A stretch of DNA of 45,886 nt, from positions 1 to 45,886 of the forward strand of contig JBFLWF010000021.1 in the NCBI GenBank assembly GCA_040758355.1, in the 5' to 3' direction. The number at the start of each line of letters is the position of its first letter. The stretch's first letter is position 1. The stretch comes from Nitrospirota bacterium (GTDB lineage: Bacteria; Nitrospirota; Thermodesulfovibrionia; Thermodesulfovibrionales; Dissulfurispiraceae). Below the pieces are notes generated by a model. It had not been told where the DNA came from, ran no database searches, and was given only the letters and a program-made list of their open reading frames with translations. The position numbers were made by a program, and so were the translations under genes. Shown piece after piece: positions 24,909 to 34,752 of the stretch.

Positions 24909-24948
24909 TTCTACACATCAGCAGCAATTCTCTCAGTAAAAAACTGAG

Positions 24949-25070
24949 GAGATTGCTTCGTCGTTTTGCTCCTCGCAACGGGGTCCCCAGAAAGTCGCAG
25001 ACTTTCTGGGGTGCGAATGACAGTTTGCGGAAAAATGTTTTTGTCATTGCGAACGAAGTGACGCAATCTC
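24949..25070. repeat. palindromic extragenic repeat (GAGATTGC...GCAATCTC type) with a nested hairpin
   Basis: GAGATTGCTTCG..CTCGCAA[..]TGAC ... GTCATTGCGAA..GCAATCTC; internal perfect 12-bp stem CCCCAGAAAGTC-GCA-GACTTTCTGGGG (24985-25011). Confidence 0.8.
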
Positions 25071-25106
25071 ATGTCCTTACAAATTCACTATTAAGAGGTG
25101 CATATT

Positions 25107-26336
25107 ATGTTGCGTGTTTTGTGTTTTTTATTTGCATTTATGCTTTTAGCATCCAATGTCTATTCGATGACAATGGATGAGGCTGTTAGCCATGCACTGA
25201 AGAATAATCCCGAAATTCAGTCATTGAGGCTTGAGGAGGAGGTTGTGAAAGGGCAGCTTGAGAAGGCAAGGCTTCTGCTTATTTCCAACCCAACAATAGA
25301 AGGCGATTTATCAAAAAAGGATAAGCCAAAGGAGGAAGGAGGAGGCAGGTTCACAAACTATGGAGTAAAGCTCTCGCAGGAATTTGAGATTGCAGGGCAG
25401 AGAGGGCTGAGGATCGATATAGCAGAAAAGGGCATTATACGGGTCGCCTCGGAGATCAAAGACAGGGAAAGGACTCTCGCCTCTGAAATAAAGGATGTCT
25501 TTGTCAGAGCACTCGCCTTAAAGAAAAAGGTGGAACTGAGGAAGGAAGCGGTAAGGCTCAAAGAATCATTGCTGAATTTCACAAAGATAAAGTTCCATTC
25601 GGGTGAGGTCTCCGGTCTTGAGGTGAATCTTGCGGAAGTGGAATTAAGCAAGGCAAAGGTTGAACTCCTTTCAACAGAAAGGGAATACAGAGAGTCCATT
25701 CTGACCTTGCAGATGGCAATGGGGGCAAAACCTTCACCGGACTTTAAAGTGGAAGGGGAGTTAGCACATGACATTCCCTTAATTAAAGATAAAGAGAGTC
25801 TCAAAAAACTTGCCTTCATACAGAGACCTGATTTAAGTGCCTCTGCTCTTGAAATAGAAAGGTCTCAATCTGCGCTCAACCTAACAAATAGAGAGGCTGT
25901 GCCGAATGTAACGCTGTCAGGTTTTTATGACAGGGATGAGCAGCGAAATACTGTCGGGCTTGCCCTTTCCATACCCCTTCCCCTTTTTGACAGGAAACAG
26001 GCAGAGAGGAGAGAGGCAAAGGTGAGGCTTGAACAGGCAAGGATAAGGCTCTCAGGACTCGAAAAGACAGTTGACAAGGAGATTGAGGAGGCATACACAA
26101 ATCTCAAATCGGCTATCGAGGAAATATCCCTTTTCAGAGAGGAGATAATGAATAGGGCAATGGAAAATCTGGAGCTTATGGGCCTCGCCTTTAAGGAGGG
26201 AAAGATAGGTTTTTTCGATGTAAGACTTGCACAGAGAGACACGATAGAAACACAGTTTGCCTATATAGATTCACAGCTTAAAACCCGTCTGGCAATAAAT
26301 GCAATTGAAAGGGTTATAGGAGGATATCTGAAATGA
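25107..26336 (+). CDS. czcC: TolC-family outer membrane factor, CzcC-like
   Basis: Signal peptide, ALKNNPEI, SQEFEIAGQR, LSIPLPLFDRKQ, FKEGKIGFFDV; first gene of the RND tripartite operon. Confidence 0.88.
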   Translation: MLRVLCFLFAFMLLASNVYSMTMDEAVSHALKNNPEIQSLRLEEEVVKGQLEKARLLLISNPTIEGDLSKKDKPKEEGGGRFTNYGVKLSQEFEIAGQRGLRIDIAEKGIIRVASEIKDRERTLASEIKDVFVRALALKKKVELRKEAVRLKESLLNFTKIKFHSGEVSGLEVNLAEVELSKAKVELLSTEREYRESILTLQMAMGAKPSPDFKVEGELAHDIPLIKDKESLKKLAFIQRPDLSASALEIERSQSALNLTNREAVPNVTLSGFYDRDEQRNTVGLALSIPLPLFDRKQAERREAKVRLEQARIRLSGLEKTVDKEIEEAYTNLKSAIEEISLFREEIMNRAMENLELMGLAFKEGKIGFFDVRLAQRDTIETQFAYIDSQLKTRLAINAIERVIGGYLK

Positions 26337-27523
26337 GAAAAAAGTTTTTTACACTGATATTAGTCCTGCTTGTCGGGATTGCGGTTTTTATATCAGGATG
26401 CGGCAAGAAAGAATCACCTAAAGAGGAGAAGCCGGCTGCTGAGAAGAAAGAGGGGCATGAAAAGGAAGAGCCGGGTGTTGTAATCCTTTCCGAAGAAAAG
26501 CAGAAGGCAGCAGGGATAGAGACAGCAAAAATAGCCCTTGAATCAATTTCAGTTCCTATCTCTGCAACTGCTGTTATAGAGCTTAACGCAGACAGGGTCT
26601 CTAAAATTAGCCCAAGGACATCAGGAAAGATTGTCAAACTCACTGCCTCACTTGGCGACAAGGTGAAGGCAGGCCAGCCTTTGGCATATTTTGACAGCCC
26701 TGAGCTTGGGCAGATATGGGCTGAATATTTAAAGGCTAAAGGCAGGGTTGAACTTACAAGAAAAAACCTCAAGCGTGAGGAGACATTATTTGAAAAAAAG
26801 ATATCACCTGAAAAGGATGTCTTAAAGGCAAGGCAGGAACTCAGCGAGGCAGAAGCAGACCTCAACCTTTCAAAGGAGAGACTCCGACTTCTCGGCGTAG
26901 ATGTTACACGGTTTGAGACTCAACGCAACAATGGAGATCATCCCCTTCTCCCTATATCTTCACCCATCAATGGTGCAGTTATAGAAAGGAATGTATCTCA
27001 AGGTGAGGTTGTAGGTCCGGAAAAGGCGCTCTTTACAGTAGCTGACCTTTCAACACTCTGGGTTGTGATAGATATCTATGAAAAGGACATCCCTCGTCTC
27101 AAGGTAGGCATGGGTGTGAAGGTCTCTGTAACAGCATTCCCTGATAAAGACTTTAGAGGCAGAATCTCCTACACAGGCGATGTGGTTGATGAAAAGACGA
27201 GGACTGTAAAGGCAAGGGTCACTGTTGATAATTCAGGCGGACTCTTGAAACCAGGGATGTTTGCCACCGTGAATATCATTTCAGACAAGACAGAAAGAGC
27301 GCTTGTTGTTCCTGCATCTGCTGTCCAGCGGGAAGGCGAAAAGACTGTTGTCTTCGTGGCACGGGATAAATCCAACTTTGAGAAAAGGGTTGTAACAATA
27401 GGGCCTGAGGTAAGCGGCTATCACCATGTCCTGTCAGGCATCAAAGAAGGAGAGCAGGTCGTTACAAAAGGCGCCTTTATCCTTAAATCAGAGTCCATGA
27501 AGGGCATTATGAAGGAGGATTAA
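26333..27523 (+). CDS. czcB: RND periplasmic adaptor (membrane fusion lipoprotein), CzcB-like
   Basis: Lipobox ISGC, GDKVKAGQPL, SPINGAVIER, ADLSTLWV, TRTVKAR, LKPGMF. Confidence 0.9.
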   Translation: MRKKFFTLILVLLVGIAVFISGCGKKESPKEEKPAAEKKEGHEKEEPGVVILSEEKQKAAGIETAKIALESISVPISATAVIELNADRVSKISPRTSGKIVKLTASLGDKVKAGQPLAYFDSPELGQIWAEYLKAKGRVELTRKNLKREETLFEKKISPEKDVLKARQELSEAEADLNLSKERLRLLGVDVTRFETQRNNGDHPLLPISSPINGAVIERNVSQGEVVGPEKALFTVADLSTLWVVIDIYEKDIPRLKVGMGVKVSVTAFPDKDFRGRISYTGDVVDEKTRTVKARVTVDNSGGLLKPGMFATVNIISDKTERALVVPASAVQREGEKTVVFVARDKSNFEKRVVTIGPEVSGYHHVLSGIKEGEQVVTKGAFILKSESMKGIMKED

Positions 27524-30500
27524 ATGATAGAGAGACTGATTACCTTTGCCCTTAGGCAGAGGTTTTTAATAATGCTTGCTGTGGCGCTCCTTGTGATTTT
27601 CGGCGTATATGCTTACTCGAAAGTGCCGATAGATGCCTTCCCTGATGTGACCACTGTTCAGGTGCAGGTTATCTCAAAGGCGCCGGGGATGTCACCTGTA
27701 GAAGTCGAGCAGTTAGTCACCTATCCACTTGAGGTGGAGTTCATGGGTATACCCAAAAAGACGGAACTCAGATCAGTGACCAAGCTTGGTTTTTCAGTAA
27801 TCACGGTTGTCTTTGAGGATGGAACCGATATCTACTGGGCACGTCAGACTGTGCTGGAACGTTTAATTCAGGCGAAGGAAAGGCTTCCTGAAGGTGTGGA
27901 ATCTTCTCTCGGTCCCATTGCTACGGGACTTGGCGAGGTCTACCAGTACACACTTGAAGACCAGAAAACCAAAAGTCAGGAGACAAGAGAAAACGATCTC
28001 ATGGAGTTCCGGACCATTCAGGACTGGAGCGCGCGTCCCATGCTCCGTACGGTCCCGGGTGTAGCTGATGTGAACAGCCTGGGAGGGTATCCCAAGCAGT
28101 ACCATGTAATAGTCGATCCGAACCGTATTAAAAAATATAACCTCACCCTGAGGCAGGTCTTTGAAGCTGTAGAGAAAAATAATGCCAATGTGGGAGGAGG
28201 ATATATCCGCCATCAGCAGGAGAGTTATGCGATCAGGGGACTGGGACTGATCCGGTCAATTAAAGATATTGAGGACATTGTTGTTTCGTCGGAACACGGT
28301 ACGCCCGTCTATCTTAAGGATGTAGCCGATATTAGACTGGGTTCCCGCTATCGGCTGGGCGGCGTCACAGCCAATGGTAAAGGAGAGGCAGTGCAAGGGC
28401 TGGTGCTTATGCTTAAGGGAGGCAACAGCCTGGAAATTGTTACAGCAGTCAAGGAAAAAGTGAAGGAGATTAATAAAATCCTCCCCAAAGGGATATCCAT
28501 CCAGCCTTTTTACGACAGGACAGAACTGGTGGAGAAGGCCCTTTCTACTATCAAAAAGGCGCTCTTGGAAGGGGTGATTCTGGTGGTTATCGTCCTCTAT
28601 CTTTTTCTGAGGAATTTCCGCGGGGCGCTGGTGATAGCTCTGACCTTACCTCTGGCTGTCCTTGCCACTTTTATTATCATGAAGCATGTGGGTCTGTCAG
28701 CCAACCTTATGACACTTGGAGGACTTGCCATATCACTCGGCATGATCGTGGATGCAGCAATCATACAGGTGGAGAATGTCCAGAAGCACCTCTCCGAGTC
28801 TGACGCCTCCAAACATAAAATCCATGCAGTGCTTGATGCAGTACTTGAGGTGAGAAAGCCGAGCTTATTCGGGGAACTTATCATTGCTATTACCTTCATC
28901 CCGCTAATGGCGCTTCAGGGTATGGAGGGAAAGATGTTTAGTCCATTGGCATTCACTGTGGTAATAGCCATCCTCTCCTCTCTCCTTCTTTCCATCTTTG
29001 TTATCCCTGTACTTTGTTATTTGTTATTGAAGACAGGAGAAGAAAAAGAGAGCTTTATCGTAAAGAAGGCGCTCAGGATTTACAGACCTTCCCTATCCTT
29101 TACTATGAAAAAGCGGCGGACCGTTCTCATTGCCGCAATACTCTTGTTTCTGGGAAGCCTTGCCTTAGTGCCTTTTATAGGAAAGGAGTTTGTCCCTGCA
29201 ATGGATGAGGGGTCTATTGTAATCAATGTTACCAGGCTCCCCAGTATAGCCCTTGAAGACTCCCTCAACATAACAACTGTCGTAGAGCGAGAATTGATGA
29301 AGTTCCCTGAGGTCAAGAGCGTGGTGAGCCGTACCGGCACCGATGAGATCGGAACAGACCCGATGGGACCCGAATTAAGCGATGTCTTTATCACACTAAA
29401 ACCCAAAAGGGAGTGGAGGGTTAAAACCAAGGCAGAGCTTCAGGATAAGATGCGTGAGGCTATTGAAAAAATCCCGGGCATCGCCTTTGTCTTCTCACAG
29501 CCCATCCAGATGAGGGTGGATGAGCTGGTTTCGGGTGTCAGGGCACAGATTGCCGTTAAGCTTTTTGGAGAGGATATGAATATCCTTCAAGAGAAGGCTG
29601 CCGATATCATGGCCATCCTCAAAAACATAAGGGGGATAGCTGATTTGCGGATGCAGCAGGTTGCCGGCCAGTATTACATGGAAATACAGGCTGACCGCAG
29701 GGCCATGGCGCGGTATGGCATTAATGTGGCTGACATGAACGAGGTAATAGAAATGATCAAGGCTGGAAAGGTAGCCACAGAGGTTATTGATGGGCAGAAA
29801 CGCTTCGGCATCCTTGTGAGACTCCCTGATGAGTGGAGCAAAAATGTGGAGGACATAGGAAGTCTTACCGTGAGCACATCCAATGGCGCCCGCATACCTC
29901 TTAAGCAAATTGCAAGTATTCGTGTAGTGGAGGGGCCTTCCAGCATAGACAGGGAGGAGGGGCAGCGGAGAATAGTCATAGAGGCTAATGTGGAAGGACG
30001 AGACATCGGGAGTTTTGTTGAAGAGGGGCAGCGATTGATTTCTGAGAAGATTAAACTGCCGCCTAACTACTATGTTTCATGGGGAGGGCAGTTTGAAAAC
30101 CAGCAGAGGGCAATGAAGAGGCTTTCCATTATTGTTCCCATCTCCATTGCCCTCATCTTCTTACTCATTTTCTCAACCTTTAATTCAGCGCGATATGCTG
30201 CCTTGATCATTCTGAACCTCCCCTTTGCTTTGATAGGAGGGATTTTGGGATTATGGGTTTCAGGACAATATCTGAGCGTCCCTGCATCCGTGGGCTTCAT
30301 CGTTCTATCGGGAGTGGCAGTATTGAATGGCATTGTCCTCGTCTCATATATCAATAAGCTCCGGGAGGAAGGCTTTACACTTGAGGATGCCATAGTAACA
30401 GGCTGCGAAAGAAGACTAAGGCCGGTCCTCATGACAGCCCTTGTTGCCATACTGGGACTCATTCCCATGCTCTTTGCTACAGGCCCGGGCTCCGAGGTTC

Positions 30501-30613
30501 AAAGGCCATTGGCAATAGTGGTTGTGGGCGGGTTGATAACTTCAACACTTTTGACACTTTTAGTATTGCCAACGCTTTACAGGTGGTTTGCCGAAGAGAA
30601 AATAGAATTCTGA
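27524..30613 (+). CDS. czcA: heavy-metal efflux RND permease, CzcA/CusA family
   Basis: PIDAFPDVT, LGPIATGLGEVYQY, SANLMTLGGLAI, GMIVDAAIIQVEN, GQFENQQRA, RLRPVLMTA, GSEVQRPLA. Confidence 0.94.
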   Translation: MIERLITFALRQRFLIMLAVALLVIFGVYAYSKVPIDAFPDVTTVQVQVISKAPGMSPVEVEQLVTYPLEVEFMGIPKKTELRSVTKLGFSVITVVFEDGTDIYWARQTVLERLIQAKERLPEGVESSLGPIATGLGEVYQYTLEDQKTKSQETRENDLMEFRTIQDWSARPMLRTVPGVADVNSLGGYPKQYHVIVDPNRIKKYNLTLRQVFEAVEKNNANVGGGYIRHQQESYAIRGLGLIRSIKDIEDIVVSSEHGTPVYLKDVADIRLGSRYRLGGVTANGKGEAVQGLVLMLKGGNSLEIVTAVKEKVKEINKILPKGISIQPFYDRTELVEKALSTIKKALLEGVILVVIVLYLFLRNFRGALVIALTLPLAVLATFIIMKHVGLSANLMTLGGLAISLGMIVDAAIIQVENVQKHLSESDASKHKIHAVLDAVLEVRKPSLFGELIIAITFIPLMALQGMEGKMFSPLAFTVVIAILSSLLLSIFVIPVLCYLLLKTGEEKESFIVKKALRIYRPSLSFTMKKRRTVLIAAILLFLGSLALVPFIGKEFVPAMDEGSIVINVTRLPSIALEDSLNITTVVERELMKFPEVKSVVSRTGTDEIGTDPMGPELSDVFITLKPKREWRVKTKAELQDKMREAIEKIPGIAFVFSQPIQMRVDELVSGVRAQIAVKLFGEDMNILQEKAADIMAILKNIRGIADLRMQQVAGQYYMEIQADRRAMARYGINVADMNEVIEMIKAGKVATEVIDGQKRFGILVRLPDEWSKNVEDIGSLTVSTSNGARIPLKQIASIRVVEGPSSIDREEGQRRIVIEANVEGRDIGSFVEEGQRLISEKIKLPPNYYVSWGGQFENQQRAMKRLSIIVPISIALIFLLIFSTFNSARYAALIILNLPFALIGGILGLWVSGQYLSVPASVGFIVLSGVAVLNGIVLVSYINKLREEGFTLEDAIVTGCERRLRPVLMTALVAILGLIPMLFATGPGSEVQRPLAIVVVGGLITSTLLTLLVLPTLYRWFAEEKIEF

Positions 30614-30625
30614 GGAGGAAGAAAT

Positions 30626-31231
30626 ATGAGATGGATATTAAAATACATGGTGTTAACTTTTTTAGGGATTACCCTTGCCGGCTGTGGCACGGCAATGCAG
30701 GAAGTAAAAGCGAAATCCCAGAGTGAAAGGACGGATGTTTTTAGCGAAGTTAAAGAAGAAGGAATGCCCCCAAAGGGCTTTGCTGATTTGGTAATCAGGG
30801 CATCTATCAAGACCCGCCTTGAAAGTTACTATATACTTGAATCGAAAGAATCTCTTCACGGCAAACCAGTTTATCCCTTTGCGATAAACATAGATGGCCA
30901 GGCTGCTGTATGGAAGGTTGAAGGACAAAAAAATATTATTCCTGCATATGATCAGGACGGCAAAACAAGCCTTGACCCCGAAGCAGGTGATGGAATGAAG
31001 TATGTCCTTGAAAGGAGAATCAGGCTTTCTGCTGGTTCGCATAAGGTATTCTTTGGGCTTCCTGAAGAAAACTATTCTAAAAATTTTGATATAGCATTAA
31101 AAGAAGGTGCGGTGTATGTTTTAGAATTCAAGCCGACCTACAAATATAAGACAAGACCCCACCGGATTCCTACATTTATGAAAGGGATCAAAGGGTATGA
31201 AGTATTTTTGGATGGGAAACAGCTTCAATAA
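30626..31231 (+). CDS. hypothetical lipoprotein
   Basis: Lipobox LAGC, GGAGG RBS, 12 nt after the czcA stop. Confidence 0.8.
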   Translation: MRWILKYMVLTFLGITLAGCGTAMQEVKAKSQSERTDVFSEVKEEGMPPKGFADLVIRASIKTRLESYYILESKESLHGKPVYPFAINIDGQAAVWKVEGQKNIIPAYDQDGKTSLDPEAGDGMKYVLERRIRLSAGSHKVFFGLPEENYSKNFDIALKEGAVYVLEFKPTYKYKTRPHRIPTFMKGIKGYEVFLDGKQLQ

Positions 31232-31248
31232 AGGTGACAGCAAACGAA

Positions 31249-31275
31249 TCAGGCGGAGTTTTTTGCTCCGCCTGA
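31249..31275. terminator. hairpin ending the czc operon (possible terminator)
   Basis: TCAGGCGGAG / CTCCGCCTGA 10-bp stem; U-tract weak. Confidence 0.5.
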
Positions 31276-31376
31276 AAGATGTCTTCGCTCCTTCTGATAC
31301 AATCTTTGCATTTTATCTGCCAATTTGAGATAATAAAAAATTAAGTTATTATTTCCTTTGAAAGGAAGACACGCCG

Positions 31377-33038
31377 ATGGCAACCATTCATAGGCTCCCC
31401 CGCTCTCCATGGAGGGCGATGATAGAAAGCGCATTTTATGCGAACTCCGTAAGAAAGACGACAATGTCCGAACTGTATAATCTGTCGCTTAAACAGCCCG
31501 AGGTGATGGCAACATCGCATCCGTTTTATAGACCTGAGCAGTTCGGGCTTCCAAAGGATGCAAAGATCCTCATATCCAATGACGGCGGCATTGTTGGACG
31601 CACTGCAAGGGCAAGGAGACTGGTCAGGGAGATGGGAAAAAATAGGGATAAATATCTGAGGATACTTGGAGAAGCCGTATACCAGTTCAACAGGCGTGAA
31701 GGATTATGGCTTGAGGCAGTAGTGGGACTCCATTCAGATTTTATGATAAAGGCACATTTATTAAGTCCTGTTTCAGATGCAAAGAATATGCTCGATTGGG
31801 GAATTAATTTTACGCCGTGGATGAAGCCGTGGAGCGATATGTATAAAAAGTCGCGGAAGCTGAATGAGCCCGACATAATGGTATTCGCCGATCCCGAATG
31901 GTCTGATCCCGATTTCCCCAACGGTCTTGTGATAATCGATGAGGACGAAAACTGCATTGCAATACTCGGGCTGAGGTATTTCGGCGAAAGGAAAAAAGGA
32001 ACATTGACTCTCGCATGGACTATGGGTGTAAGGCATAACATGGTTGCATGCCACGGCGGAATAAAGACCATCGGCAGTCATGAGCCTGTGGCTGTTTTCG
32101 GGCTTTCAGGCTCAGGGAAGTCCTCCATAACAAACAGCCATGACCATGCAGGCACTTTAAAGAAAAATGAAAAGGTTACAGTTATCCATGATGATGCATT
32201 TTTGATTGACCTCGATAATGATATTACCGTAGCCCTCGAACCGAGCCTTTTTGATAAGACAGATGCGGTCACATTTCAGGACGTCATCATCAAATATTTC
32301 TACTCTGCGCAGAATGTTGCTGTAACAGAGCCTGAACCCGGCAAAAAGTTCATTGTTGCAGAAGATATCAGAAATGACAACGGCCGGTGCATTAAATCAC
32401 GTGATATGTTTAATCATGCAGATTCATGCAAAAAGCCCGGCAAGGTCATATGGCTCCAGAAAGACCCTTCTCTGCCCCCTGTCTGCAAGATTTCTGATAT
32501 AGGTCTTGCTGTGGCAATGGGTGCATCCCTCAGCACAATGAGGGCAAAGGGTGTAGAAAATGTTCCAAAGGAGGAGCTTGCAAAGCTTGTAATAGAGCCG
32601 TTTGCCAATCCGTTTAGGGTTCATCCCCTTACTGTTGACTGCCAGCAGTTCAGGAAGCTCTTCAAGAGCGGGACAGAGTGCTATATCATGAATACCCATG
32701 CCTTTGGATTGCCAGGACAGGAGACTGATATTCCAAAGAAGTTATCCCTTTCCATTGTTACGGAGATGGCGAGGGGCAATATAGAATGGAAGGAGTGGAG
32801 GGTATTCCCGGGCCTTATGGTTCCTAAGAACGGGAACGATCTTTTCGGGCCAGATTTCGATAAAAAATACAAGCCATCGAGGGATGTGGAATATCTCCAG
32901 TTCCTGAGGAATAGGATGCAGGACCGTATCACTCATCTGTCAAATAAGAGGGATATAGACCACGATATGGAAAGTTCATTCATAGACCCGTTGGTTGCAG
33001 CAAGATTAGTGATAGATAAGATCCTAAACCCCATTTAA
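31377..33038 (+). CDS. phosphoenolpyruvate carboxykinase (ATP)-family protein, divergent
   Basis: YFGERKKG, ACHGG, P-loop FGLSGSGKS, IHDD, FDKTD, NGRC, EPFANPF. Confidence 0.8.
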   Translation: MATIHRLPRSPWRAMIESAFYANSVRKTTMSELYNLSLKQPEVMATSHPFYRPEQFGLPKDAKILISNDGGIVGRTARARRLVREMGKNRDKYLRILGEAVYQFNRREGLWLEAVVGLHSDFMIKAHLLSPVSDAKNMLDWGINFTPWMKPWSDMYKKSRKLNEPDIMVFADPEWSDPDFPNGLVIIDEDENCIAILGLRYFGERKKGTLTLAWTMGVRHNMVACHGGIKTIGSHEPVAVFGLSGSGKSSITNSHDHAGTLKKNEKVTVIHDDAFLIDLDNDITVALEPSLFDKTDAVTFQDVIIKYFYSAQNVAVTEPEPGKKFIVAEDIRNDNGRCIKSRDMFNHADSCKKPGKVIWLQKDPSLPPVCKISDIGLAVAMGASLSTMRAKGVENVPKEELAKLVIEPFANPFRVHPLTVDCQQFRKLFKSGTECYIMNTHAFGLPGQETDIPKKLSLSIVTEMARGNIEWKEWRVFPGLMVPKNGNDLFGPDFDKKYKPSRDVEYLQFLRNRMQDRITHLSNKRDIDHDMESSFIDPLVAARLVIDKILNPI

Positions 33039-33050
33039 ATTCTATTTAAA

Positions 33051-33734
33051 GTGGAGCAAATCGACTTGGATCTCGCACACATAATAAGACAGATTGCGAT
33101 TACTGCCATACCAATTCTCATAGCTATCATACTGCATGAGGTTGCCCACGGCTTTATAGCCTACAAACTGGGAGACCCTACTGCAAAGATGCTGGGAAGG
33201 CTTACATTGAATCCCATCGCCCATATTGACATGTTTGGCACCGTCTTAATGCCGTTATTGTTGTTCATATTCACTAATGGCCAGTTTGTCTTTGGTTATG
33301 CAAAGCCTGTTCCCATAAATCCATATAACTTCAAAAATCCGAAGCGTGACATGGCCGTATCGGCAGCAGGAGGGCCTGCCACAAATATATTGCTGGCAAT
33401 TTTAAGCGTACTGTTGATTAAATACGCAGTAGTCCCTGCATCAGCCTTTGTGTCCGATGATGTAATAGCAAAGGTGATCAAACCTCTGGTAATGATGCTT
33501 ACTGCAAGCGTAACCATAAATGTGATACTGGCATCTTTCAATCTGATACCCATTCCACCATTGGACGGAGGCAGGGTTCTAATGGGATTGCTGCCACACA
33601 AGCAGGCAAATGCGCTCGGAAAGCTTGAACCTTTTGGAATGATTATTGTCCTTATACTTGTGGCAACAGGTATGGCAGGTTATATAATAATGCCTTTGAT
33701 AAGATTGTTTCTTGGCTTGATTGATATGGTTTAA
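33051..33734 (+). CDS. site-2 protease (peptidase M50) family membrane protein
   Basis: HEVAHG, GDPT..GRLTLNP, GYAKPVP, NLIPIPPLDG. Confidence 0.92.
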   Translation: MEQIDLDLAHIIRQIAITAIPILIAIILHEVAHGFIAYKLGDPTAKMLGRLTLNPIAHIDMFGTVLMPLLLFIFTNGQFVFGYAKPVPINPYNFKNPKRDMAVSAAGGPATNILLAILSVLLIKYAVVPASAFVSDDVIAKVIKPLVMMLTASVTINVILASFNLIPIPPLDGGRVLMGLLPHKQANALGKLEPFGMIIVLILVATGMAGYIIMPLIRLFLGLIDMV

Positions 33735-33744
33735 CGGAGGGAAT

Positions 33745-34740
33745 ATGAATAGAGAGCGTGTGCTCAGCGGCATGCAGGCGAGCGGAAAGCTTCATTTAGG
33801 AAACCTTGTAGGGGCTCTCAAAAATTGGGTAGATTTACAGGACGAATACGACTGCTTTTATTTTGTCGCTGACTGGCATGCACTCACAACAGGATATGCA
33901 AATCCATCCACTATAAAGGAGAGCACGCAGGACCTCCTGATAAATTTCATTGCTGCAGGTTTAGACCCTGACAAATCGACAATCTTCATTCAATCAATGG
34001 TTCCGCAGCATGCAGAACTACACCTTCTTTTGTCAATGATTACGCCCCTCGGATGGCTTGAGAGGGTGCCGACATATAAAGAAAAACAGGAGCAGTTAAA
34101 GGATAGAGACCTCTCTACTTACGGTTTTTTGGGCTATCCTGTTTTGCAAACCGCTGACATAATCATTTACCGTGCCAAGCATGTGCCTGTTGGAATTGAC
34201 CAATTTCCACATCTTGAGATATCGAGGGAGATTGCAAGGAGGTTTAATTATCTATATAAAGAGGTTTTTCCGGAGCCTGAGGGACTGCTCACAGAATTTC
34301 CTAAAGTTCCGGGACTTGACGGAAGGAAGATGTCAAAGAGCTATGACAATGCAATATATCTGAGCGATTCTCCTGAAGTTGTTGAGCAGAAGATAAGGAC
34401 GATGATGACAGACCCTGCAAGGAAGAGAAAGACGGATAAAGGAGAGCCCGAGCTTTCTCCTGTTTATCAACTTCACAAAATTTTCTCTTCAGAGGAGGAG
34501 CTTGAAGAGGTTGCCCACGGATGCAGGACAGCAGGCATGGGATGCATAGATTGCAAAAAGATACTTATAAAGAATGTCTTTGCGTACATGGAGCCCATAT
34601 GGAAAAAGAGGAATGAACTCATTTCCAATCCTGATACGGTTCTTGAAATAGCGAGAAAGGGCTCGCAAAAGGCGGGAAAGATTGCTGAGGAGACGATGCT
34701 ACTTGTCAGAGAGGCAATGGGATTGTCTTGCAGAGTGTGA
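33745..34740 (+). CDS. trpS: tryptophan--tRNA ligase
   Basis: SGMQASGKLHLGN, YPVLQTADI, VPVGIDQ, KMSKS; GGAGG RBS before ATG 33745. Confidence 0.96.
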   Translation: MNRERVLSGMQASGKLHLGNLVGALKNWVDLQDEYDCFYFVADWHALTTGYANPSTIKESTQDLLINFIAAGLDPDKSTIFIQSMVPQHAELHLLLSMITPLGWLERVPTYKEKQEQLKDRDLSTYGFLGYPVLQTADIIIYRAKHVPVGIDQFPHLEISREIARRFNYLYKEVFPEPEGLLTEFPKVPGLDGRKMSKSYDNAIYLSDSPEVVEQKIRTMMTDPARKRKTDKGEPELSPVYQLHKIFSSEEELEEVAHGCRTAGMGCIDCKKILIKNVFAYMEPIWKKRNELISNPDTVLEIARKGSQKAGKIAEETMLLVREAMGLSCRV

Positions 34741-34752
34741 TAAACTTAACTC

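Noticed and set aside
24953..25180. 75-aa ORF MLRRFAPRNG...
   Set aside because: It is a translation of the palindromic repeat and overlaps czcC in another frame.
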